The translations under genes were made by a program, and so were the position numbers. Of a stretch of DNA of 64,000 nucleotides, positions 11,092-23,189 are shown piece by piece. This stretch comes from Macrostomum hystrix (taxonomy: Eukaryota; Animalia; Platyhelminthes). The notes beneath the pieces were generated by a model that was given only the letters and a program-made list of their open reading frames with translations, ran no database searches and was not told the DNA's origin. The DNA is taken from NCBI GenBank assembly GCA_950097015.1, contig CATNEN010000001.1, positions 2,728,001-2,792,000 of the forward strand, in the 5' to 3' direction. How positions within the stretch are numbered: position 1 is the first letter of the stretch; every line of letters begins with the position of its first letter.

Positions 11092-13106
11092 TGATGTGTG
11101 TGCGGGTTTTGCAATCCGATGATCTGTCCTCGTGAAGGAAAGGAGTGTGGGGATGGCGATAGAGTCAGAAGTCGTACCGCAAGGTCTCGCGAGTTGTCGC
11201 GGAAAGAGGGATGAAGGGAGAGATGAAGGGAGAGACAGTGGATGCAGGGAGTGGTCCTATCGGCCTCAGGCTGGCCAGTCCCACTCAACCCATAGGCCAC
11301 AGGCATGACTGCCGTGCCTACCCCAAGCAGTGCTCGAAACCGGCCAAAAGTCTAAAGGGATATCGGACTACCCGCAAGCAGTCATCAGTAGCATGTACGT
11401 AACTGACTCCTAACAGTGGTAGCAGTGGTCGATTCGGCCTAGGCCCTTGTCTTAGAAATGCGGAAAGGCTATTGGCAAAGCGGAAAATGATCTAGGGTAG
11501 CGCCACCACCCAATGCGCCTACGTTGCCACGGCAGACATTTGGGAACTTGGGTCCCCGGAGTTCACAGCTCCTAGTTTGTCACACAGATCTTAGACAAGC
11601 CGAAAAATAGGGCCTTCTGTAACTTCCGTTTTAGACTAGGGTGAAGACCCCAGAATGGATCGAGACACGCCTCAACAGGGGATTCCTGAATCTGCGCTAC
11701 AGTGGTCTAGAAAGGTGGTACTCAGAACCTGAATGAGAAAAACCATAGCCAGAATCCTACTCATGAGGCATTGGACACATGCTGTACATTAGACTGCAGC
11801 CTACACATTAAGTAACTAGAAAATCCGAGTCTGTGTGAGTTGAGGAAAACAGAGGCAGGAGAGATTAGGCTGAACACTGGCTGAGTGATTATGCAAGCGT
11901 AAGATTAAAAGGTCATCACCCCCCACTTCCCTGGCGGTAGAAGCGAGAGGGGGGAAACAGAAGGGAAACTCAATCGGCAGGGAAGCTTGACACGCACTCC
12001 CAGATCCGCCAGGAAACGAGGAAAACCCGCCAGGGAATTCCCCACCCCTGGACAGAAAGAAACACGTGCTACACTCCGCATCTTACTTGCACATCCCTAG
12101 CTCCATATTACTCTCATGCGCGCTCACAATTGCCTTCCTGCCGCAGCTTTCAGCTCGGCTGTGCCAGAGCCCATTCCCCTAATAGGTTAGCCGCTCATGG
12201 TTCAGGGCTGTCTAAGGTTAAAATAAGGAGAAAGTAACAGCATGGCGGGAAGATTTAAATCGTTATTAAATTGGCCTAATGTTTAAATAATTGGCGAGTG
12301 CTGATAATTTATTAGGCTGAACAGATCCCTTGCCCGAGCCCGTACTTCCCGCCTAGACTAAAAGTGCAGCCCCGTAGAAATAACAATCACAAACCGCTGC
12401 GCGGGTTACTTATCTGGAGTCGCTTCGGCCGCGTGCTGCAATCCCGTTGATCTCGGGGAAGGGGGTGGGGTAAGACAGCAGAGACAGGGGATGGAAGTGC
12501 TGTGAGTTGGCAGGGGCCAACACGCTTGGAGCTCAAGGCTCAATTCAACGGCTCACCTAAAGAGGTGGCTCGCGCTCAGGGGGAATGGGGACAGGCAATG
12601 GGCCTGCGCTAGCCGTGGAGCTCTAAGCTCTAGGGTCTAAGCCCTAAGTGGGTCTGGGGGATAAGTCCTGGGTCCGGTGGGATTCCGGCCCGGCAACGGT
12701 AAACCCGGCAGGGAGAAGGGGAAGAGCCGGTGGGAGAAAAGAGGTCCTAGAGGGAGCAGCGCAGCGCGCTTGCTTAAATAGGTCTTGCAGCACGCCAACC
12801 CCGACATCCATCAAAGCAACCCGCATTCGCGCCCGCCTGTCAACGGGGAATCGAAGCGACGACAGGCCGCCCCAATTTCCCAATGAACCGGCGGCGGGAA
12901 ACGACAGATGTTCTGCGCGAACAGCCGTCGGCAGTCAGCCAGCGACTATTATTCCGCCGGGACAATGGGAAGCGCAGGCGCCGACCTGCCTACAGTGACA
13001 TTTACATGTATCTAAAGGAGGGAGGTCATAAAGTCGAGCTGGGCTCGAATACTGTAAAGAAGTGGGGACATGAAGAATTAATGATCACTCATAATGCCCG
13101 AGTGAT
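11092..13106. repeat. Repeat X copy 1: ORF-less ~2 kb interspersed element, LTR-like
   Basis: Colinear with 19369-33090 (interrupted) and 38935-40911. Starts TG; ...ctacagtgaca at 13000; the next 106 bp are shared with copy 2. The right boundary may lie further right. Confidence 0.85.
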
Positions 13107-14439
13107 CCCACATTCCCAATATCTGATCGCGGTTTGGAGGAGAATTATGACCTAAACTACTCATACAATAAAAGCTATGGCCGCGATCAGTCATTCCTAC
13201 AGGGGTCTAGACAGATCCAGGGAGAAGGGAGTCGACGGCTACTTAATTCACCGCCGCCCAAAACCCGGCCCTAAGATTAATGATCGTGTTTGCGGCCAGC
13301 TGCTATGTGGGTCGCAATTATTAGACACTTAAAAATTTGAAAAATTATGCTGGCTCACATTCCCACTCGATTCCCGCAGCACACTCCACATCAATATTCA
13401 CTTCGACTTTTGCAATACTTTTACTTTTACTTATTTACTTTTCAATTTTTCAGAGAATCCTGAAAATATTCTGAGAATTCTGAAAATTCAGAGAACTTTT
13501 TGAAAATGTCGGACCAGTACCAAAAGCAGCAGCAACAGCAGCAGCAGCAAAAACCGCAGCCCACGGCTTCCAGCAGCCCCTGGGCGCTGCAGCCCACCAC
13601 GGTGGAAGGGTCCGATAAAGTGCAGTGGTGGAAACTGAAAGGAGGGGCCGGGGCGGCCACCAACTTCACGCCGCCGAGGCCCCGGTTCCCTCCCCCGGCT
13701 AAGAAATAAAAAGGTTTGTCTAAGCTACCTATATGTGATACCTTTATTCCTTAATTCTTAATCCTTAATCGTTAACTCTTTAAATAAGCGCTATAGTAGT
13801 AAAATTATACCCGTTTGCAGGTGTAAGTTTTCATTGACTCTGGTAAAACAATATTTACTTTTAGCCATTATAGCAATATTTATCAAAATGCGATTGTCAC
13901 ACTACAATGCTAATGCAATATTACAAGGTAGCAAAATGTACTCACATTCAATATGATTGTAGCCACAATGTCATATGTCGTGTCTTGTCGTGTTCGTGTT
14001 TAACCAGAAAATTGCATGAGTCATCCTCCAAGCTTTATAGCAAGTTTATCTGCAAATTTAAAGAAGCAGATGGCAACTGCGTACGAAGATAACCCCTCAC
14101 TCCACCTTCATGCTGTCCAATAACGAGCTGCTAACATACCTCGAAATCTCCCACTTCGTCATTTCAGATCGCGCATTTGATCAGTTAGTAGATTTGATCA
14201 TTTGATCGCATTTGATCGCCTCATTTGATCGCATTTGATCGCGCTTCGCGACATTTTGAATATTTTGGAATACATCTTTGCTTGTTGTCTTCCTTTATTT
14301 CACTCATATTTATTTATTGGCTTGATGCACAGCCTAAATGTTTAGCTTCTTAGCTTTAGCTTAGCATAATAACCAACATATTTATCGAGCACTCCTTGCT
14401 TCGTGTTCCTGCACTTGCTCACTTACTTTGCTTGCCTGC

Positions 14440-14711
14440 TTTGCTACAATTCGTAGCAAAAGTAAATTTTTTAAATTTCTGCTAACATTTATACTAAGCT
14501 GCTACTAACATTTACACTCCGACCCTTAAGCTAGCTAACACTTAAAAGATTCGTATGCTTACCATTTGACCTCTGTGTCCCTGTAGCTAAGAGTTTGCTA
14601 CAATTCGTAGCAAAAGTTCATTTTTTCATTTTTACTAACATTTATACTAAGCTGCTACTAACATTTACTCTCCGACCCTTAAGCTAGCTCACTTAAAAGA
14701 TTAGCATGCTT
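14440..14711. repeat. ~120-bp direct duplication, each copy starting with a hairpin
   Basis: Copies start at 14440 and 14594 with tttgctac-aattc-gtagcaaa. Confidence 0.75.
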
Positions 14712-15181
14712 CCTATCTGATTACAGGCAATCGTTATAGACAAAGATAAATATGTAAATTGGGTATGAAACATTCCATATTTTTTCCAGATGTTCTCCAT
14801 GAACACCTGACGCCTGGTACACGGTCAGGCGTGTCAAGAAACGGAAGCTGCGGATGACATTGATATTAGTGTCTATTCTAATTCAATCAGCTACTCAGCG
14901 TCGAGTAGCAGTTGGCCCAGCATCCCGGCGAGCTGTATCTAGCCGAGTTTAGCAGGTTAGATAACGATCAGCGACCTTCACGGACTCATATCATGTCAAT
15001 GGAGTTCCACGGCTGCGCTCGCAACAAGGTTGAATAATCTTTTTGTTTTGTTTGTTGTAGTTTATGAAATAATGTGCGGCAACAATTAGTTTATTTATAG
15101 TATTTATAAGTAGCATTTATATAGCATTTATAAGTAGCATTTATATAGCATTTATAAGTACATATAAATTCTTCCTTAAAT

Positions 15182-16673
15182 ATGTGCTTCTTAACTATGA
15201 TTTGCACAGAAAATGTAATTAAGAATGCTGGATTAAATTTCTGTTTGACCCCATTGATTTCTGAATTAAATGACTTATATTGCAATGAATTAACAATTAG
15301 TAAAAATGTGACATTGCCAGTTATAGCTTGTTTCATGACAGGGGATAATTTGTCTATGCATCAAATGATAGGTTTAAAGAAATGTTTCTCTAGTGGTCAT
15401 ATTTGTAGATTTTGTACTAAATCATATGCTGATGTTTGTAGCATAGAAAGTGATTCTTTAGGGCAATTATTTTCTTTTTCTCTTCGTGACCATATATCAA
15501 TGATTGATTCTTCACAAAAACTTGACTTAGGTTTTAGTCATAGTTCAGCTATGTTTAATTTAATTTATAATTATTTGCCTCACTTTTTTGCACCTGATAT
15601 AATGCATGATATCATTGAAGGAATTTCTCATTTGATTGTGTGTTTAGTACTTGGAATTGCAATGCAACAGTATGGTATTACAATTGATTATATAAATAAA
15701 CAGCTAGGTAAGATCCCAAACATTTCTTTTCCTAAGATAAATAAATATCACATACAAAAATATAATATCCCATGTTCTGCAAGCCAGATGTTACATTTAT
15801 TACAATACTTTGGAATATTATTTAGTGATATTTTTCCTCATGATAGTGATATTTGGGCCTTATTCATAAATCATCGTTTGTTTCTTGATATTATACTTTC
15901 ACCAGTCAGTCAATCTATTAACATGGATTATTTCAAATATTTGGTTTCAAGTCAAATTGAAAGTATTTATGAATTTACAGCTAATAATCCAAAGTATAAA
16001 TGTAAAAACTGCACTATATGTGTCATTACCCTTCCCTATATACTTTTTACAATTGTCTATATTATCTTTGGTCTATTAGAAATGAAGCTGAACATCAGGT
16101 GATCAAAGATATTTGTAGAAGATCAAAAAATTATATCAATATTGCATATACTTGTGCTAAGAAATTTCAGGTTCAAAGAGCATTAACTATAAAGCATTAT
16201 GTTCCAAAGAGATTTCAGTATTCGAATCTTGTTCTTACTTCATTAGAATCGATTTTTGTTTTTCCAGACCAATTACGACTAAGTGAGAAGCTTCAAATAC
16301 CCCTAAGTAATTTAGGAAAGTTTTGCTTTAGTACAAACGAGCTTGTATATCAGGGGTTACATTTAAATAGAAGGTGCCAACATTGAATTACAGATATGTC
16401 TTACCTATAATGCTAAATAATGCACTACATTTAAATTTAATTCACTTGATTTTGCAAATAGAAAAGAAATGGGTTCTAGTTTGCAAAGGCATAGTTTCTT
16501 CATTTTTGTGCCATAGTAATTGTTTTGTTTGTACTGTTCATGGGGATAAAATGATTTTTATTGAAGTTGGTGAGCATTTAATTCATAAACCAATACCTCT
16601 ACTTCTGAATAATGGGCAATTGTATGCTGCTTTAAAGTTTTTCCCAGTTAATGATTTGGCTAGCAACTTATAA
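15182..16673 (+). pseudogene. EnSpm/CACTA-like transposase fragment, AT-rich and frameshifted
   Basis: Motifs TGDNLSMH, CRFC, PDIMHDIIEG, and HYP...W.IRNEAEH in the next frame. N-terminus missing; element ends not defined. Confidence 0.75.
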
Positions 16674-16804
16674 TAATTTCAAACAACATGTATTTTTTAT
16701 ATATAAGGCTTTATGTCTGTCTCTAACTTAACTTCTCTCCTCTTGCATATGGTAGTCTCTTTTAGAGATTCTATGCAAAAAGGCAGTTTTCTTTACTTTC
16801 AAAA

Positions 16805-18502
16805 AGCCATGATTCAAACGTTGGTTTAGCCATGATTCAAACTCTGTTTTAGCCATGATTTAAACTCTGGTGTAGCCATGATTCAGACGCTGGTTTAGCC
16901 ATGATTCAAACTCTGGTTTAGCCATGATTCAAGCTCTGGTTTAGCCATGATTCAAACTCTGGTTTAGCCATGATTCAAACTCTGGTTTAGCCATGATTCA
17001 AGCTCTGGTTTAGCCATGATTCAAGCTCTGGTTTAGCCATGATTCAAACTCTGGTTTAGCCATGATTCAAACTCTGGTTTAGCCATGATTCAAACGCTGG
17101 TTTAGCCATGATTTAAACGCTGGTTTTGCCATGATTCGAGCTCTGGTTTTGCCATGATTCAAACTCTGTTTTAGCCATGATTCAAACTCTGGTTTAGCCA
17201 TGATTCAAACTCTGGTTTAGCCATGATTCAAACGCTGGGTTAGCCATGATTCAAACTCTGGTTTAGCCATGATTCAAACTCTGGTTTAGCCATGATTGAA
17301 ACTCGGGTTTTGCCATGATTCAAACTCTGTTTTAGCCATGATTCAAACTCTGGTTTAGCCATGATTCAAACGCTAAATTTTGCCAGGATCCAAACGCTGG
17401 TTTCGCCTTGATTCAAATTTAGCCATGATTCAGACTCTGGTTTAGCCATGATTCAAACGCTGGTTTTGCCATGATTCAAACTCTGGTTTAGCCATGATTC
17501 AAGCTCTGGTTTAGCCATGATTCAAACTCTGGTTTAGCCATGATTCAAGCTCTGGTTTAGCCATGATTCAAGCTCTGGTTTAGCCATGATTCAAACTCTG
17601 GTTTAGCCATGATTCAAACTCTGGTTTAGCCATGATTCAAGCTCTGGTTTAGCCATGATTCAAACGCTGGGTTAGCCATGATTCAAACTCTGGTTTAGCC
17701 ATGATTCAAGCTCTGGTTTAGCCATGATTCAAACTCTGGTTTAGCCATGATTCAAGCTCTGGTTTAGCCATGATTCAAGCTCTGGTTTAGCCATGATTCA
17801 AACTCTGGTTTAGCCATGATTCAAACTCTGGTTTAGCCATGATTCAAACGCTGGTTTAGCCATGATTTAAACGCTGGTTTTGCCATGATTCAAGCTCTGG
17901 TTTTGCCATGATTCAAACTCTGTTTTAGCCATGATTCAAACTCTGGTTTAGCCATGATTCAAACTCTGGTTTAGCCATGATTCAAACGCTGGGTTAGCCA
18001 TGATTCAAACTCTGGTTTAGCCATGATTCAAACTCTGGTTTAGCCATGATTGAAACTCGGGTTTTGCCATGATTTAAACTCTGGTTTAGCCATGATTCAA
18101 ACTCTGGTTTAGCCATGATTCAAATTTAGCCATGATTCAGACTCTGGTTTAGCCATGATTCAAACGCTGGTTTTGCCATGATTCAAACTCTGGTTTAGCC
18201 ATGATTCAAGCTCTGGTTTAGCCATGATTCAAACTCTGGTTTAGCCATGATTCAAGCTCTGGTTTAGCCATGATTCAAGCTCTGGTTTAGCCATGATTCA
18301 AACTCTGGTTTAGCCATGATTCAAACGCTGGGTTAGCCATGATTCATACTCTGGTTTAGCCATGATTCAAACTCTGGTTTAGCCATGATTGAAACTCGGG
18401 TTTTGCCATGATTCAAACGCTGGGTTAGCCATGATTCAAACTCTGGTTTAGCCATGATTCAAACGCTGGTTTAGCCATGATTCAAACTCTGGTTTTGCCA
18501 TT
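16805..18502 (-). repeat. 23-bp satellite array
   Basis: Unit agccatgattcaaactctggttt, the reverse complement of the arrays at 41524 and 45178. Confidence 0.97.
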
Positions 18503-19258
18503 CAAAAGTGAATGAAAAGTTTCCCATTTATTTAAAAAATAAATGAAAAATTTTTTTTGCATTCATCAGTACTGACTGAAAATTAGTTTAAAAGTATATA
18601 AGATTGACGCAGTGAAGAGTCGAACCAAGGACACTTCGCCTATTCCTATTCCTAGTGCCTACACATAGGCTACTCTGACTGTTGGATTGTGGATGCAAAA
18701 ATTAGCCTTATAAAATGAATTCTGAAAGTTCTGGCTTTGTACAAATCGAGTACATTTTGGTTGTGTACATTCATTTCAAATTTGTGTTTAGATTGTGCAG
18801 GCTTCTAACTCAGTCAGCTAGGGGGTGTTGCGCAAGTTGACGATGCAATTCCAATTCAGAGGCAGTCAGTGAAATTTTGACAAAGGGTGAGAAAAGCTAT
18901 GATGCAATCTATTTAAAAATAAATTCGCACTGACTGTTTCACCAGTGGGGTTGACGCAGTGAAATTCTTATCAGTGTACTCAATTTAACAAAACTGGCCC
19001 TGATGCAATCATTAAAATTGGCAGTGGTATGCACGTTGACAAAACTGGCTCTGATGTAATGCATTAAAAATCCTATCTAAAACAGTTTTTCGAATATTTA
19101 ATCCCCTTCGCAATAAAGTTAGGCTTAATAAAAATACGTGTAAAATTGTCCCCATATTTGGCATCTTTTGGTGAAGAAATGGTGAAAATCGGTTGAGCCG
19201 TTCGGGAGAAAATCAATTACAAGCAACCAAGCAAGATTTTCATTTTTAGTATATAAGA
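16805..19258 (-). mobile_element. Non-autonomous Helitron, copy D (3' end not found)
   Basis: Minus strand starts A|TCttatatactaaaaatgaaa and is colinear with the 5' ends at 40912, 44588 and 50750, followed by the 23-bp satellite. No hairpin-CTAG end seen. Confidence 0.8.
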
Positions 19259-19368
19259 TTAGTTGATTATTAGTCGATTATTTACAGTTGATTATATAGT
19301 TGATTTATAGTTGATTATTTATAGTTGATTACATACTTGAATATTATATATTCAATTAAATATTTATA

Positions 19369-20220
19369 TGAAATGGTTAGTCATGGAGAAGATCATCCTG
19401 ACGTAGTTTGGGCGTTTTGCGACCTCTGACCTGCCCTAATGAGAGATGATTTCTAGAGACGGGCGACATAGTCGATTGAATGTCCGCCTAGCAACTCGCG
19501 AGACGTCGCGGAGAGAAAGAGGAGATGAAGGGAGAGATGAGGAGGTTCAGTAGATGCAGGGAGTGGTCCTATTGGCCTCAGGCTGGCCAGTCCCACTCGT
19601 CCCATAGGCCACAGGCATGACTGCCGTGCTTACCCCTAGCAATGCTCGAAACCGGCTAAAAGTCTAAAGTGAGGTGCCGGACTATCCTTAATCAGATAGG
19701 ACAGGGCTAGAGAGCCTGTCCTATTTACAGTAGCATGTAAATAACTGACTCCTAACCTTGGTAGCGGTGGTCGAATCGGCCTAGGCTCTTGTCATCGAAA
19801 TGCGGAAAGGCTATCGGCAAAGCGGATAGTTGATCGAGGGTAGCGCCACCACCCAATGCGCCTACGTTGCCACCGCAGACATTTGGGAACTTGGGTCCCC
19901 GGAGTCCCTTGGGTCCTAGTTTATCACGCAGATCTAGACAAGCCGAAAAATAGGGCATTCTGCAACTTCCGTTTTAGACTGGGGTGAGAGCCCCAGAATG
20001 GATCGAGACACGCCTCAAAAGGGGATTCCTGAATTCGCGCTACAGGGGTCTAGAAAGGTGGTACTCAGAACTCGAATGAAAATCCATAGCCGGAATCCTA
20101 CTCATGAAACATCAGACACATTCTATACATTAGACTGCAGCCTACACATTAAGTAACTAGCAAATCCGAGTCTGTGTGAGTTGAGGAAATCAGAGACTGG
20201 AGAGATTAAGCAGAACACTG
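19369..20220. repeat. Repeat X copy 2, part 1
   Basis: Starts tgaaatggtt like copy 3 and is colinear up to the LINE insertion site. Confidence 0.85.
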
Positions 20221-20245
20221 TTTCGCCTCACCTTTCCAGCACTAC

Positions 20246-21181
20246 ATGAGTACAACAACAAATCCTGACTCGGCTCGGGAGCCGTCAATTCCCGCGGACG
20301 GGGGTCCGTCAATCCCCCAACCCTCCAACCCGGAGGAAAACCCAACTGCCGCGAACGCCGCGGTAAACTCTCAGCTCCAACCCGGAGCACTCAACTCCAC
20401 CCCCCTACGGGGTGAGCCCACCGTCGAAGGCTACCGCCTCGTCACCCACCGACGGCCGAATAGGCCCAACGTGAAAAACTCGGAGCGGAAGAGGCAGCAG
20501 CCGGATGACCGCACCGCCACCCCCCTTGACCCGAAAAGAACAAAGGGCAAAGAGACCACCGGCTCGTACGCCAAGGTCGCGGCCGAGCCGAAGTTTAAAA
20601 TCTGCGTCCGCGCCGAAAGCGGAACGCTGAGCGAGACCCAGACGACAGCTGTCACCAACAAGATCGACAGCTTCCTCTGGGACAATGACACACTCGACAT
20701 TCAGATCGAGTCGATCCGCTACGCCAACGGCAATATCATCCTCACCTTTAAGGACGAGGCTTACCTGGAGAAGGCGCTCGCCTGCCTCCAGTGTATCGAG
20801 TGGGACCTCGACGACTTGGCCCTTCCCAAGATCGTCGTTGAGCGAGCCCGCCCCCCGCCACCGTGCAAGCGTTACCGAGCCTTCTACTCGGGCCCGAGAA
20901 CTATCGAGGAGATCCGTGCGCGACTCCTCAGCAAACACCCCGACCTACCGCAGGACGGAATCCGGGCCTTCAAGGAGGTCCCCGCCAAGGATGCAGCCGG
21001 CAAGACGCTCTACATGGGACTGTCTGCCGAATGGGAGGCCGCCCTGCAGAGGAGCGAGTTCGCCGTCTACATGGGAGCGTGGAAGGTCGTCTTCCACATC
21101 CTGTCCAGGCGCAGGCACACCGGCGGCGAGCGACGCCGAGGGGAATCCGAGAGCTCGGATGGCTCAGAGAACGATGCGTAA
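20246..21181 (+). CDS. LINE ORF1 protein (311 aa)
   Basis: Intact ORF upstream of ORF2; disordered basic N-terminus with SYAKV motif; GC3-rich coding bias. Confidence 0.8.
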   Translation: MSTTTNPDSAREPSIPADGGPSIPQPSNPEENPTAANAAVNSQLQPGALNSTPLRGEPTVEGYRLVTHRRPNRPNVKNSERKRQQPDDRTATPLDPKRTKGKETTGSYAKVAAEPKFKICVRAESGTLSETQTTAVTNKIDSFLWDNDTLDIQIESIRYANGNIILTFKDEAYLEKALACLQCIEWDLDDLALPKIVVERARPPPPCKRYRAFYSGPRTIEEIRARLLSKHPDLPQDGIRAFKEVPAKDAAGKTLYMGLSAEWEAALQRSEFAVYMGAWKVVFHILSRRRHTGGERRRGESESSDGSENDA

Positions 21182-21875
21182 GCATGTTCTCAGCATCACG
21201 CCATCTGAAACATGATGAGGCGTGATCGTCTGAGGGCGGGTCCCACGGGCCAGCCCAGTGATGATCTTTCAACACGCAATACTACCAGTAATACACTTTC
21301 TTCGTTTACTGGTAACGCGCTAAATCTGCACATTGTCCAGATCAACCTGCATCATGCAACTGCAGCCTCCAATAATCTAACCGGCGTCTTCGATGGAAAA
21401 GACGTTGATATCTACCTCATTCAGGAACCATATACCCGCAGAGGCAAGCCGGCCTGTTGGCCAAACGAGTACCAAACTCTTTACTATTGTACCGATGAAA
21501 CTCCTAGGGCTATTGCCCTCGTGAAAAGTGACATACCAGTCACCATGATGCCCATGTACTGCTCTAAGGACATATGTACCTTCGCTGCTTTCGACGTAAT
21601 TCTGGCGTCTGCCTACCTAGACATCCAGGAGGAGGTCCCGCCACCACGCTTGCAAGAGCTGGCTGACTTCTGCAACCTGGAGAACAGGAAGCTCATCATT
21701 AGCTGTGATGCCAATGCCCACAACACTGCATGGTCCAGCAGTGACACAAACAGGAGAGGTGACCTGCTCATTGATTTCATTAACGCCTCTACCATGCATA
21801 TCTGCAATAGAGGCAGAAAGCCCACCTTTGTTATTTCTAACAGACGTGATGTTATAGACCTAACCTTGGCCTCTA

Positions 21876-23189
21876 CGAGCATGAGGGGCGTACTGAAAGT
21901 TTTGAGATACGTCTGACTTATAAGTTGCAGCTGCACGCCTTTTAATGTACATACTCTACCACCTTAAAAATGAATGAGTATAAATTTTCAGCCTTTGCGC
22001 TCTTGTCAATTTTTCACAATCACTCTTCAAAGTCAATACCCCCTACCAAACTGTACTCGCTCCAATGGAGTTGACAAACCGTGACTTTCGTGCCATGATT
22101 GTTTACGACCAGCGTAAAGGTCTCACGCAAGAGCAATGCGCTGAAAGTTTACGTGCTGCCTTTGGAGACCAAGCCCCTTCACGTGCCACCGTTTTTCGGT
22201 GGTACAGTGAATGCAAGTGGGGCCGGAGCAGCCTTGATGACGAGCCTCGGTCGGGACGTCCAGTTTCCGCTGTCACGGACGAAAACATCGCTGCCGTCCA
22301 GAGAATGATCGACGAAGACCGGCGAGTGACCTGTGCCGAGATCAGGGAGGCTCTTGGCATTGGATCGGCAGCGGTTACGACCATCCTACACGACAAGCTG
22401 GGAGCCTCCAAGCGATGTGCCCGATGGGTGCCCCACAACCTGACGGAGGACCAGAAAGCGGAGAGGGTGCGTTGGTGCGAATTCATGCTTGAAAAATTCG
22501 ACTCTGGCACCTCGAAGCGATGCTGGGAGATTGTCACAGGTGATGAGACCTGGGTCTACCAGTACGACCCGGAAACCAAGCAGCAGTCGGCAGTTTGGCT
22601 CCTTCCGGATGATGCCACTCCAACGAAGGTCAAGCGGGCCCGCAACGTCGGGAAGCAGATGGTGGCGACTTTCTTCAGCCAGGCTGGCCACCTGGCGACT
22701 GTAGCGCTCCAAGACAGGCGTACAGTCAATGCCGACTGGTACATCAACCAGTGCCTGCCGCTGGTGTTTGATGCGTGGCGCAGACGCCGGCCGCGCACCG
22801 GACTTCGTGGCCTGCTGCTGCACCACGACAATGCCAGTGCGCACACGGCTGCTGCAACAATGGCATTTCTGACCGAGAATGGAGTCCAGCTGGTGACGCA
22901 TCCTGCATATTCGCCGGACCTGGCACCCTGCGACTTCTTTCTCTTCCCTTTGGTGAAGAACCAACTGCGCGGGACTCGGTTTGAGAGCCCTGAAGCAGCA
23001 AGAATCGAGTTCGAGCGGGTGGTTTCAGCAGTGCCTGAAGAACAGTGGGCTGGAGCCTGGACGCAGTGGTTTCACCGAATGAGGAAATGTGCACAAGCTG
23101 GTGGCAACTACTTTGAAAAATTGTGACAGAGAATTTAACTCAGACACTTTTGGTTTTGGTGCATCTCAAAACTTTCAGTACACCCCTCG
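21876..23189 (+). mobile_element. Mariner DNA transposon (DD34D)
   Basis: TA TSD at 21874-21875 and 23190-23191; ~29-bp TIRs cgagggg(c/t)gtactgaaagttttgagat; the left TIR carries a 6-bp insertion. Confidence 0.95.
22065..23126 (+). CDS. Mariner transposase, intact (353 aa)
   Basis: HTH N-terminus, [29 protein letters not shown]. Confidence 0.96.
   Translation: MELTNRDFRAMIVYDQRKGLTQEQCAESLRAAFGDQAPSRATVFRWYSECKWGRSSLDDEPRSGRPVSAVTDENIAAVQRMIDEDRRVTCAEIREALGIGSAAVTTILHDKLGASKRCARWVPHNLTEDQKAERVRWCEFMLEKFDSGTSKRCWEIVTGDETWVYQYDPETKQQSAVWLLPDDATPTKVKRARNVGKQMVATFFSQAGHLATVALQDRRTVNADWYINQCLPLVFDAWRRRRPRTGLRGLLLHHDNASAHTAAATMAFLTENGVQLVTHPAYSPDLAPCDFFLFPLVKNQLRGTRFESPEAARIEFERVVSAVPEEQWAGAWTQWFHRMRKCAQAGGNYFEKL

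Noticed and set aside
11330-11390. Possible hammerhead ribozyme in repeat X
   Set aside because: CTGATGA (minus) and CGAAAC (plus) are on opposite strands, and the first is absent from copy 2.
13506-13709. Short Q-rich ORF (67 aa)
   Set aside because: No recognisable domain. It may be an exon of the nearby CACTA-like element, but I cannot support that.
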